64,000 nucleotides of DNA, taken from the NCBI GenBank assembly GCA_046328505.1, contig JAXLWL010000003.1:466181-530180 (forward strand). Reading direction: 5' to 3'. Below, one piece after another: positions 52,436 through 60,938 of this stretch (positions are counted from its first letter, which is position 1; every line of letters starts with the position of its first letter). The translations under genes were made by a program, and so were the position numbers. The DNA is from Anaerolineae bacterium (lineage in GTDB: Bacteria > Chloroflexota > Anaerolineae > Epilineales > JAHCIE01). Under the pieces are notes generated by a model that was given only the letters and a program-made list of their open reading frames with translations, ran no database searches and was not told the origin of the DNA.

Positions 52436-52669
52436 ATGGAATATGAGGTGCGTATACTCCGCGGTCCGAATTGGTGGGAGAACGAAGGTTACGAGATCTC
52501 AGAAGCCGAATGGCAGAGAGTTGTCGAAGCCAACGCGGCAATGCGTATGAGCAGGGCGGCTGAGGCAGCTTATCCAGAAGGCGTACTTCAATACGAGAGT
52601 CCTAACCTGGCTGAATGGCAGGACACCCGAGCGGACACGTTGTCTGGCTCGATTTTCGGGGCGGGATGA
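52436..52669 (+). CDS. small hypothetical ORF in a low-GC (~52%) patch
   Basis: 77-aa ORF with AAGGTGA RBS; atypical composition; followed by a 35-aa ORF (52666-52773) with ATGA overlap. Confidence 0.3.
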   Translation: MEYEVRILRGPNWWENEGYEISEAEWQRVVEANAAMRMSRAAEAAYPEGVLQYESPNLAEWQDTRADTLSGSIFGAG

Positions 52670-52819
52670 TCGTTGTCAATAATCCGGATAAGCCGATCAT
52701 TGTAAAAATGCAGGATATTGCGCGTATATTGGCCGCTCGTGTGCAAGGCGATGAGGGCGAGTTCTACGATTGACGTCCAGAACAAACCTTTCCCGCTGGC
52801 TAGAGGACGCTACGAAACT

Positions 52820-53131
52820 GTCATTGCGAGCGGAGCGAAGCAATCTCACGCTGGGGAAAAGGTACGCTGTACCCGTGCTAGAGCGGCCTACACAAGGGCG
52901 CCAGATTGCTTCGTCGGGCTATCGCCCTCCTGCTCAGAACACACACTACTGTCATTGCGAGGAGCGCATCAGCGCGACGAAGCAATCTCTCGGTGGATGA
53001 CAGCAACGCCGTAGCGGTGCAAACCGCCTTTGACAAGGGCGGGGGATTGCTTCGCTCCGCTCGCAATGACGGCTTAACTGTGTTCTTGTGTCGGCGCATG
53101 CCGTCACCCGGCGTGGGGGTCTCGCAATGAC
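52820..53131. repeat. composite array of three family-1 palindromic repeat units (mosaic relative of 5516-5852)
   Basis: right-most unit is the reverse complement of the left-most unit at 5516; another unit is shared in the same orientation. Confidence 0.85.
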
Positions 53132-53332
53132 GCCGCATCTACCGCCACGAGCGGTATTGCCGCCGCTCGACGCCACCGATCCGAACTGGATGTCTGATAC
53201 AGCAAAGCCTGCCTCGGCAGGCTTTCCCCTCTCAGGCGCAGACTTCGAGTCTGCGTCGCTTCGCATCTGCGCAACCCGGCGATACCCTTTCGCGTCCTTC
53301 GCGTCCTTTCGTGGTCCGCCCTCCCTCGGCCC

Positions 53333-53629
53333 TCACCCTTTCTTGACCAACACCTCGTACTCCGGCTGGCCGTCGATGTAGTCGGCGACGAACCAGCATT
53401 GCGGCACGACGGATAGGTTGTTAGCGCGGGCGTACTCCAGCCCGGCGTATACAACCTGGCTCGCGATGCCGCGGCCGCGCAGGCCCACCGGCGTAAAGGT
53501 GTGGGTGAAGACGATTCTCCCCGGCGACTCCACGTAATCCAGGAGCGCCACTTTGCCCTCGACCTCGGCCTCGAAGCGGCTCTTGTCGCGGTTGTGGACA
53601 ACCTGCACCTTCAGCTCGTCATCGTCCAT
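53333..53629 (-). CDS. small GNAT-family N-acetyltransferase (Acetyltransf_CG-like, ~98 aa)
   Basis: ATG 53629; ...RFEAEVEGKVALLDY...HTFTPVGLRGRGIASQVV...VVPQCWFV typical of the minimal GNAT family. Confidence 0.75.
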   Translation of the reverse strand: MDDDELKVQVVHNRDKSRFEAEVEGKVALLDYVESPGRIVFTHTFTPVGLRGRGIASQVVYAGLEYARANNLSVVPQCWFVADYIDGQPEYEVLVKKG

Positions 53630-53630
53630 G

Positions 53631-54143
53631 TCACCTATCCCCCTGGCTGCTGGCGTCGTCATCCGTGCGGAAACCGATGCGCGCGTGGCTGCCATCGCAG
53701 AACGGCTTGTGGCCTGAGTGCCCGCAGCGGCAGAGCACCGCCTTTGTCGTCTCCCGCAGCACGTTGCCGTCCTCGTCCGTGATCTTGAGCCTGCCGCGGA
53801 CCGTCAGCGGGCCGTTGCGCACCGGTGTGATCACCGTCTCCGGGATGACCGCTTCCGATGCGGCGGGCGCCGCCTGCTGGGGCGAGATGTCCAGCCGCTC
53901 ATACGTCAGCGCGCCGCTCGGGCAGCGCCCCACGACCTCAGCAATCTGGTCGGGCGATGCCGCGTTGATGGCAACCCAGGGGAGATGGCGCGGCCTGAAA
54001 ACCCACGGCAGCCCCTGGACGCAGACGCCGCTGTGGATGCACAGCTCGGGCTTCCAGTAGACCACGATCTTATCATTGCGGTATTCACGGGCGATGGTCC
54101 GGGTGTGCCGCGCTTCCGCCCGTTTCTCCGGTGTGTCCGACAT
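53631..54143 (-). CDS. iron-sulfur protein: divergent 4Fe-4S mono-cluster (DUF1271) domain + CDGSH zinc-finger/2Fe-2S domain
   Basis: YWKPELCIHSGVC...RCPSGAL and CRCGHSGHKPFCDGSH. Confidence 0.8.
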   Translation of the reverse strand: MSDTPEKRAEARHTRTIAREYRNDKIVVYWKPELCIHSGVCVQGLPWVFRPRHLPWVAINAASPDQIAEVVGRCPSGALTYERLDISPQQAAPAASEAVIPETVITPVRNGPLTVRGRLKITDEDGNVLRETTKAVLCRCGHSGHKPFCDGSHARIGFRTDDDASSQGDR

Positions 54144-54158
54144 TCGAGTCTCCTTATG

Positions 54159-54455
54159 TCATCCGCGCGCCAGGAGTGGGCGATACTCGGGGTGGCGTTG
54201 GATGTAGCTGGTCACAAACGGGCAGTCGGAAATCACCCCCAAGCCCTCGGCGCGCGCGTACTCCAGGCCAGTCTTGGCCAACTGCCCGCCGACGCCTTGG
54301 CCTTCGAGCTCGTCCGGCACGCCGGTGTGCAGGAATATGATCGTTCCCGGCGCCATCTCGTACTCCAGGACCCCCAGGTACCCATTGACCAGCGCCTCGA
54401 ACCGCGACTCGGCCGGATTGTTTACGACCTGCACAGGCATCTTTTTGTCACTCAT
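54159..54455 (-). CDS. small GNAT-family N-acetyltransferase, paralog
   Basis: ATG 54455 with AAGGAG; same minimal-GNAT pattern (RFEALVNGYLGVLEY...HTGVPDELEGQGVGGQL...DCPFV). Confidence 0.75.
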   Translation of the reverse strand: MSDKKMPVQVVNNPAESRFEALVNGYLGVLEYEMAPGTIIFLHTGVPDELEGQGVGGQLAKTGLEYARAEGLGVISDCPFVTSYIQRHPEYRPLLARG

Positions 54456-54550
54456 CCAATACTCCTTGAGGGAACAAACACGGGGAGTGTGATGATTAAA
54501 CATCTCACTCCCCGCCAGTGCTTCCTTATACTCGGTAGCAGCCTCAGGGG

Positions 54551-55835
54551 CTACGCCGTTTTCTCCATCTCATCCCAGCCTAGCGGCTGCTCCGTCTGGG
54601 TCATCAGCAGCGGGGCGCTGGTGCGCCGAATCGTCTCCGGACTGATAACCACTCTGCGGACGTCGGCCCGGCTGGGGATCTCGAACATGACATCGAGCAG
54701 AACGCTCTCGATGATCGTGCGCAAACCGCGCGCGCCCGTCCGAATCTTCATCGCCTCCTCGGCTGCCGCTTCCAGCGCCTCGGGTGTGAAGACCAGGTCG
54801 ACCTTGTCCAGGGAGAACAGCTTCTGGAACTGCTTCACCAGGGCATTGCGCGGCTTGGTGAGGATGTCGATCATCATCGCCTTGTCGAGCGGGTCCACCG
54901 ACACTGTGACCGGCAGACGCCCGATGAACTCGGGGATCATGCCGTACTCCAGAAGATCGTCGGCGTTGATACGCTCCAACAGCTCGCCCGACTTGAGGTC
55001 CTTCGGACCCACCGCGCCCTCCGACTGGAAGCCGATGGGCGACTTGTCTACGACGCGCTTGGCGATTATCTTGTCGATCCCCTCGAACGCGCCGCCGCAG
55101 ATAAAGAGGATGTTGGATGTATCGAGCGTGGATGAAGTCCTGGGCAGTGGTGCTTGCGCCCGCCCTGGGGCGGGACACTGGCGACTGTCCCCTCGATGAT
55201 CTTGAGCAGGGCTTGCTGCACGCCCTCGCCTGAGACATCGCGGGTGATGGACGGGCTGTCGCTTCCGGTCTTGCGCGCGGTCTTGTCGGATTCGTCCACG
55301 TAGACGATGCCCTTGGATGGCCCAGGATCGTAGTCCGCCGCCTGGATCAGCCCAGGATGTTCTCCACGTCCTCGCCCACGTACCCTGGCCCTCGGTGAGA
55401 GCGGTGGCATCGGCGATGGTGAACGCCATCCAGGATGCGGGCCAGGGTCTGGGCCAGGAGAGTCTTGCCGCAGCCCGTCGGGCCGATGGCGAATGCTGCT
55501 CTTCTGCAGCTCGACGTCATCCGAACGCACACCGCCGCGGATGCGCTTGTGGTGAGCGAACGGCCACGGAGAGGACTTTCTTCGCCCCTTCCTGGCTGAT
55601 CACGTACTCGTTCAAACGGCGGTAGATCTCCTCGCGGCGTAGGTGGCTTCGGCAACTGAAGTCACGCGATGGGCGCTGGTCTCCTGGCTTCCTCCAGCAG
55701 CATCTCCTACAGGCCCACACACTCGTCACAGATATAGACGCGTTCGGACCCGCGATCAATCGGATTGACCTGGCCTTGCCTGCGCTTGCAGAAGGAGCAG
55801 ACATGCCCACCCCCACGGCGACTAGTCTTTGCCAT
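54551..55835 (-). pseudogene. clpX: clpX (ATP-dependent Clp protease ATP-binding subunit) disrupted by ~10 +/-1 frameshifts and in-frame stops in its 5' two-thirds
   Basis: expected gene length ~426 codons. ClpX segments lie in alternating frames: [135 protein letters not shown]...GGRKH, TAQDFIH, then a clean [16 protein letters not shown]... to the end. The ATG overlaps the clpP stop. Confidence 0.85.
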
Positions 55836-56499
55836 CGGCCTTCACCCCTTGCGTCTGCGCTTCGTCTTTGCGCACGTCCTCAGGACGCGCTTCTTCACTG
55901 AAGTGGATTTCAGGCCCGGGCAGGACTTCGTCAATCAGGCCGTATTCCTTGGCCGCGATGGCGTCCATGTAGCGGTCGCGGTCGAAGTCGCGGGCGATGC
56001 GCTGGATGGTCTGGCCGGTGTGGTGGGACATGATCTCGTTCATGCGGCGCTGAAGACGGACAATCTCACGCGCCATGATCTCGATGTCCTGGGTGTAGCC
56101 ACGCGCGCCGCCACCGGCGGGGTGCATGTGGATGGTGGCATTGGGAAGCGCGTAGCGGCGCCCCTTCGTGCCAGAGGCCAGCAACACCGTACCCATGCTC
56201 GCCGTCATGCCGACCGCCACGGTCGAGACGGGAGCGCGAATCGCCTGGATTGTGTCGTAGATTCCAAGACCGGAATACACGACACCACCCGGCGAGTTGA
56301 TGTACATCCGAATCTCTTTCTCCTGGTCCTGGCTGTCGAGCCAGAGGAGCTGAGCAATGATGAGATTGGCGATCTGGTCATCAATGCCCGTGCCGAGGAA
56401 GATGATCCGCTCCTTAAGCAGCAAGGAGAAGATATCCATATGGCGTTCGCCTCGGCCGGTGTTCTCGATAACCATGGGGATCAGAGCCATGGGATCCAT
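55822..56499 (-). CDS. clpP: ATP-dependent Clp protease proteolytic subunit
   Basis: 225 aa; ...YINSPGGVVYSGLGIYDTIQ...GMTASMGTVLLASG...HMHPAGG; AAAGGAA RBS. Confidence 0.9.
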   Translation of the reverse strand: MDPMALIPMVIENTGRGERHMDIFSLLLKERIIFLGTGIDDQIANLIIAQLLWLDSQDQEKEIRMYINSPGGVVYSGLGIYDTIQAIRAPVSTVAVGMTASMGTVLLASGTKGRRYALPNATIHMHPAGGGARGYTQDIEIMAREIVRLQRRMNEIMSHHTGQTIQRIARDFDRDRYMDAIAAKEYGLIDEVLPGPEIHFSEEARPEDVRKDEAQTQGVKADGKD

Positions 56500-56625
56500 C
56501 GAGAGTTCCTTTCTGCGTATCTCTTGCGCTAATCTCTTACTGTCGCTAGACTGCTAAGCCAACACAGTGTACTAAGATAGATGGCGTAGATGCGCGTCGC
56601 CTTACGCGGCAGCGCGAGCAGCCGC

Positions 56626-57987
56626 TTACTCAGCGGCGCTGCCCGCCTCGACCGCGTTCTCCTCGGCCTCCGCCTCATCATCCGCCGCGTCCGCAACGGG
56701 CGCCTCGGCCGCGATCTCTTCCGCGTCCTCTGCTACCTCATCTTCCGGTTGGTTCAGCGTCTCCATCTGGTCTGCCGGCCAGCTCGGCCCAACCCCAGCA
56801 ACAGTCTCGACAAGCCAGTCAAGAGTGGCGCGGAGGCGAGCATTGCCGCGCTGCTCGGCGGGGAAATCCGCCGGCGGCTCGATGTTCTCGCGCTTGGCGA
56901 TATCGTCCAGAAGCAGGGTGCGCTCAATCCGCCGTTGCAGTTCTGGCTCAAGCTCCGCGCGGAGATCCTCCATCGTCCGGTTGGTCATGCGCAGGAAATT
57001 GTCCAGGGTGAAGCCCATGCGCTCCAGCGCCTTTTCCTGGCGCTCCACCTCTTCCTCGAGCTGCTGCTGTAGGAGAATGGGCGGGAAGCTGACGACGGCC
57101 TGCGCCAGCAGGGCATCGAGAACGTCGTTCTCGACCTTCTCGCGCGCCTCGCGCGACGCCTGGAACTCCAGGTTCTGGCGGATGCGCATCTCCAATTCGT
57201 CGAGCGTCTGGAACTCCTCGCTGACCCCCTGGGCAAAGGCGTCGTCCAACTCCGGCAGGTTCTGCTCCTTGACGCCATGTAGCGTCACCTTGAACTCCGC
57301 CGTCTTCTCGCGCAGCGCTTCGCGCTCGAAGTCTTCCGGGAACGTGAGGCTGAACTCGCGCGTCTCCCCGTCGGACATGCCAATCAGCTCGTCCATGAAA
57401 CCGGGCGGGAACTCGCGGAAGGATTCCTCCTTGAGAACGAACTCGTCCCCGTAGCTCTCGATGATGCGGTCCTCGCCGGTCTCGCCGACGACGTCCGCCG
57501 TCACCATGTCTTCGAGCTGAGCGGGGCGCTCGACCGGCGTCCAGGTCGCCTGCTGCTGCTGGAGGCGCTCGATCTGGTCTTCTACGTCTTCATCGCTCAC
57601 TTCCGGCAAGGTCGCTTCGACCTTGACCGAGTTATAATCGCCGGGATCGACTGTAGGAGCCATGGGGACAAGAAGCTGGAACGTGAGCGGCTCATGTGAG
57701 AGCACCTTGACTTCGCCGGGAGCGAAAGGCTCCAGCTTCTGCTGCTCGACCGCTTCCTTGTAAATCTGCGGCCCCATGTCGTCGATGGCCGCCTCGAGGA
57801 CCTGTTCCTCACCGAACACGCGGACGACGTGGCTGTAGGGAGCTTTGCCCGGGCGGAAGCCGGGAATCCGGTAACGCTGGGAAATGCGGCGCGCGGCCTG
57901 CTGCTTGGCGCGTTCTACCCGCTCCGGCTCGACTTCAACGACCAGAACGGTTTGGTGATTTTCGACACCTTGCTCGGTAATATTCAA
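56626..57987 (-). CDS. tig: trigger factor
   Basis: TTG start with GGGAGGA RBS; ...RIPGFRPGKAP... N-domain, PPIase and C-terminal acidic tail. Confidence 0.9.
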   Translation of the reverse strand: MNITEQGVENHQTVLVVEVEPERVERAKQQAARRISQRYRIPGFRPGKAPYSHVVRVFGEEQVLEAAIDDMGPQIYKEAVEQQKLEPFAPGEVKVLSHEPLTFQLLVPMAPTVDPGDYNSVKVEATLPEVSDEDVEDQIERLQQQQATWTPVERPAQLEDMVTADVVGETGEDRIIESYGDEFVLKEESFREFPPGFMDELIGMSDGETREFSLTFPEDFEREALREKTAEFKVTLHGVKEQNLPELDDAFAQGVSEEFQTLDELEMRIRQNLEFQASREAREKVENDVLDALLAQAVVSFPPILLQQQLEEEVERQEKALERMGFTLDNFLRMTNRTMEDLRAELEPELQRRIERTLLLDDIAKRENIEPPADFPAEQRGNARLRATLDWLVETVAGVGPSWPADQMETLNQPEDEVAEDAEEIAAEAPVADAADDEAEAEENAVEAGSAAE

Positions 57988-58181
57988 CGCGGAGTCCTCC
58001 CAATAATACGGTAAGGATAGTATAGCATATCAAGGCTAAAAGGGGAAAGATGGTTCAGGGGTCTTACACCGACCGCGCCATAACTTACCCGTCAGCTTGC
58101 CAGGCGCGTTCGGGCGTATATAATAGCTTCAGTCCTGTTAGCCTCTACATCGACCTTGAGTTGTCCAGGAGCCACATTACC

Positions 58182-58400
58182 ATGACAGGCTTGTTAGAGA
58201 AAGCTTTTGCAGAGGCTGCCAAGCTGAGCGAGCCGGAGCAAGACTCTCTAGCGCAGTGGATATTGGAGGAGCTTCATTCAGAGCAAAGATGGGACACCGC
58301 TTTCGCTCAATCTTCTGATATCCTGCACCAGTTGGCCGAGGAGGCGCTGGCTGAGTATCGCGCCGGTAAGACCGAACCTCTCGACCCAGAGACACTGTGA
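58182..58400 (+). CDS. putative addiction-module antitoxin (CHP02574-like)
   Basis: 72 aa; LSEPEQDSLAQWILEEL...LAEYRAGKTEPLDPETL; AGGAG RBS. Confidence 0.55.
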   Translation: MTGLLEKAFAEAAKLSEPEQDSLAQWILEELHSEQRWDTAFAQSSDILHQLAEEALAEYRAGKTEPLDPETL

Positions 58401-58669
58401 GGTCGCGCACCACGGAGAGCTTCCGCAAGCTATTTCGGGCGCTTCCGGCAGAGGTGCGAGAGCAAGGACGAGAGGCATACCGTCTCTTCGCGCAGAATCC
58501 GTATCACCCCAGTCTGAGATTCAAGCAAATCGAGGGCGACATCTACTCAGCCAGAGTCACGCTTGATTATCGAGCCGTCGGTGCTAGGAGCGGCGACGAA
58601 ATCATCCGGTTCTGGGTTGGCTCGCACGCTGAGTATGACAAGCTCGTCAGGCAGTTGCGCAGAAAGTGA
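58397..58669 (+). CDS. RelE/ParE-family toxin
   Basis: GTG start overlapping the antitoxin stop (GTGA); ...YRAVGARSGDEIIRFWVGSHAEYDKL resembles the ParE/RelE fold. Confidence 0.6.
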   Translation: MRSRTTESFRKLFRALPAEVREQGREAYRLFAQNPYHPSLRFKQIEGDIYSARVTLDYRAVGARSGDEIIRFWVGSHAEYDKLVRQLRRK

Positions 58670-58674
58670 CAACC

Positions 58675-60687
58675 TCAATAAGGGCCGATAGCTACGTTTC
58701 CTAACCCAACCGCGTTGTCTTTCGCGCCTTCGCTCGCACTCACCACGGGCAGCCGCTCCAACGTCTCCAGCTCGTAGAACCCCACCTCAAAGCGATAGTC
58801 CGCGGTCGGCGCATCCTTCGGAATGGGTAGCCGGACGCGGTGCTGAATGATTTCTCCCTTGTGCCACGTCGACGTCGGCACCAACCGCTCGCACGGCTCG
58901 CTGTCAGACTGCGCCCACATCGGGTCGCCCGTCGCCGGGTTCTTGGGGCCGAGCAAGTGAACGAACACCGTGTAGTTCGCCTCCATCTCATCCAGCGCCT
59001 CGAAGTAAACGTTCATGTCGATCTCCTGCCCTGGATCATAGTTCGGAGCATCGAGATCATAGCCGAGCAGCCGGATCTTGCCGGCCCAGTTCGCGTCGAC
59101 CTTCACCTCTGGATTGACGTTGATCTGGGCGCCCGGTGGGACGTGGTACGCGAAGAAGTACGGCTGCGTCTGGTGCAGCGGCCCGACCTGGGCAATCTCT
59201 CCCTTGGGGAAATAAGTCTCTACTGTGTCCAGCCCGTACTTGTCCTCCTCGGGCACAACGATGAACGTCGCGCCATTGGGCGCCTCGGATGGGAAGCGCA
59301 GGCACACATTCCCGTTGTAGCTCCGCACATCCGGACGCATATTCGAGCTGAGCTGTAGCCCGACGTGCTCGGCGGCGATGGGGTCCACGTAGACAAGCTC
59401 GTCCTGCGGCAGCGTGCCGATATACTCTCCGACGGCGGACTGGCCGGCCTCGAAGTGGGTAAACAGGTCGCCGTCGCTCCCAAAGGTCACGAAGTAGTCA
59501 TACGATGTGACAAGCCCGGCAGCTACCAGGCCGATGAGCAGTAGCGATGCCAGCCCGACGCCAGGTTGCACGGCCCAGGGCGTATAGCGCAACAGCAGAC
59601 GGCGCACAAGCTCCCAGGCGACCAGCGCCCCGATCGCGCCCAGGATCGCCACGGCAGGCAGCGTTGCGCTGGCCCGCTTCTCCGCCGCGCCCAGGCCGGC
59701 CAGCATGGACGGCACCATCATGACCCCAAGCCAGAACAGGAGAAAGGCGTAGGGGAACCGGCGGATCCGGAGGAGGGCAATTATGATTCCGAGCATGAAC
59801 AAGGCGGACAGAAACGGGTCCAGGCCGGGGTGGTAAGGGATGTTCTTGATGGGGGAGTCGTTGCCGCGGATGCTGAACATCAGCAGCGTGTCGACGACCT
59901 GGTCGCGCAGCGCCTGTAGGCCGCTGGAGGACTCGCCCGGGTTGTTCAGCACAAGGGCGTCCTCGACGCGCTGGTTGAACTCGGTCGGGTGGTTGACCGC
60001 GTAGGCCGCCAGCGGCAGAGCCACGACCGCGGCGAGGACAAGGACCAGCGCTAGATTGCGCCACGGCGCCGGCGGCCAGCCGGGCCGCCAGAGTCTCACC
60101 CCAACGAATGCCGCGACGACCAGGACCGGGACGAGCCGGATAGCCTGGTAGCTGTACATGCTGAGGCCGAGCGTCACGCCGCAGGCGGCAAACATCGCCA
60201 CGCGCCCGGTGCGCAGTCCGCGCCAGAGGAAATACACGACAAGGGCGGTAAACAGGGGAACGAGGATGGCACGCACCCCCTGTCGGCTGAGCTGGACGTG
60301 CCAGTAGGAGACGCAGACGAACAGCGCGGCGGCGAGCGGCCCCCACGCTCGCAGCACGCCATCCTCGTCGGCCAGCACCTCGCTCGCTGCGAGGTACACT
60401 GCCGGAATGGTGAGAATCCCAACCAGCGCCGAGGATAGGTAGATGCCCAGCCCGCCGGGGCCGGTGAACAGGTAGAAGAAGGCGACGAGGTAGCTGAAGA
60501 GCGCCTCGCGGCCCGCGTTCGTTGCCATGAACACCGGCCGCGCGCCCCGAAGAATCTCCAGCGCGTCAAGGCCGTAGAATGTTGCGTCGAAGCTGGGACC
60601 GGGAGGAATGGAGGCGATTTTGTAGAGTCGCAGCGCGGCGCCGATAAAGAGAATCGCCAGGAGCAAGAGCCGGCGTGTCTTGTTCAT
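58675..60687 (-). CDS. GT-C-fold membrane glycosyltransferase (ArnT/PMT-like, GT39/GT83) with C-terminal soluble domain
   Basis: N-terminal LLLLAILFIGAALRLYKIASIPPGPSFDATFYGLDALEIL... and ~11 TM; ATG 60687 (alternative GTG at 60696). Confidence 0.8.
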   Translation of the reverse strand: MNKTRRLLLLAILFIGAALRLYKIASIPPGPSFDATFYGLDALEILRGARPVFMATNAGREALFSYLVAFFYLFTGPGGLGIYLSSALVGILTIPAVYLAASEVLADEDGVLRAWGPLAAALFVCVSYWHVQLSRQGVRAILVPLFTALVVYFLWRGLRTGRVAMFAACGVTLGLSMYSYQAIRLVPVLVVAAFVGVRLWRPGWPPAPWRNLALVLVLAAVVALPLAAYAVNHPTEFNQRVEDALVLNNPGESSSGLQALRDQVVDTLLMFSIRGNDSPIKNIPYHPGLDPFLSALFMLGIIIALLRIRRFPYAFLLFWLGVMMVPSMLAGLGAAEKRASATLPAVAILGAIGALVAWELVRRLLLRYTPWAVQPGVGLASLLLIGLVAAGLVTSYDYFVTFGSDGDLFTHFEAGQSAVGEYIGTLPQDELVYVDPIAAEHVGLQLSSNMRPDVRSYNGNVCLRFPSEAPNGATFIVVPEEDKYGLDTVETYFPKGEIAQVGPLHQTQPYFFAYHVPPGAQINVNPEVKVDANWAGKIRLLGYDLDAPNYDPGQEIDMNVYFEALDEMEANYTVFVHLLGPKNPATGDPMWAQSDSEPCERLVPTSTWHKGEIIQHRVRLPIPKDAPTADYRFEVGFYELETLERLPVVSASEGAKDNAVGLGNVAIGPY

Positions 60688-60809
60688 CGCTCGCACTCGT
60701 AACTTATGTGAGGCACAGTCAGCTTGTCATTCAAGAGGTTACGAATTGTGACTCTGACTGTACAGCGACCAATTATAGCGCCAAGGCTGTGCCAAGGCCA
60801 TTTTACCCC

Positions 60810-60838
60810 TTGACGAAACGGAGCCGCCCCGTTATAAT
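60810..60838 (+). promoter_or_regulatory. consensus sigma70 promoter (TTGACG-17-TATAAT) with ~100-nt leader for the zinc-ribbon gene
   Basis: cttgacgaaacggagccgccccgttataatgcc; leader contains inverted repeat atttccgag (60866-60874) / ctcggaaat (60928-60936) abutting the start codon. Confidence 0.6.
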
Positions 60839-60938
60839 GCCTGTAAGCGATGCGCGCACCTGCGGGATTTCCGAGGTGCGCCTATGTTTGTCTCAAATCG
60901 AATTGGTCAATTCGTAATTCTGTAGGGAGATCTCGGAA

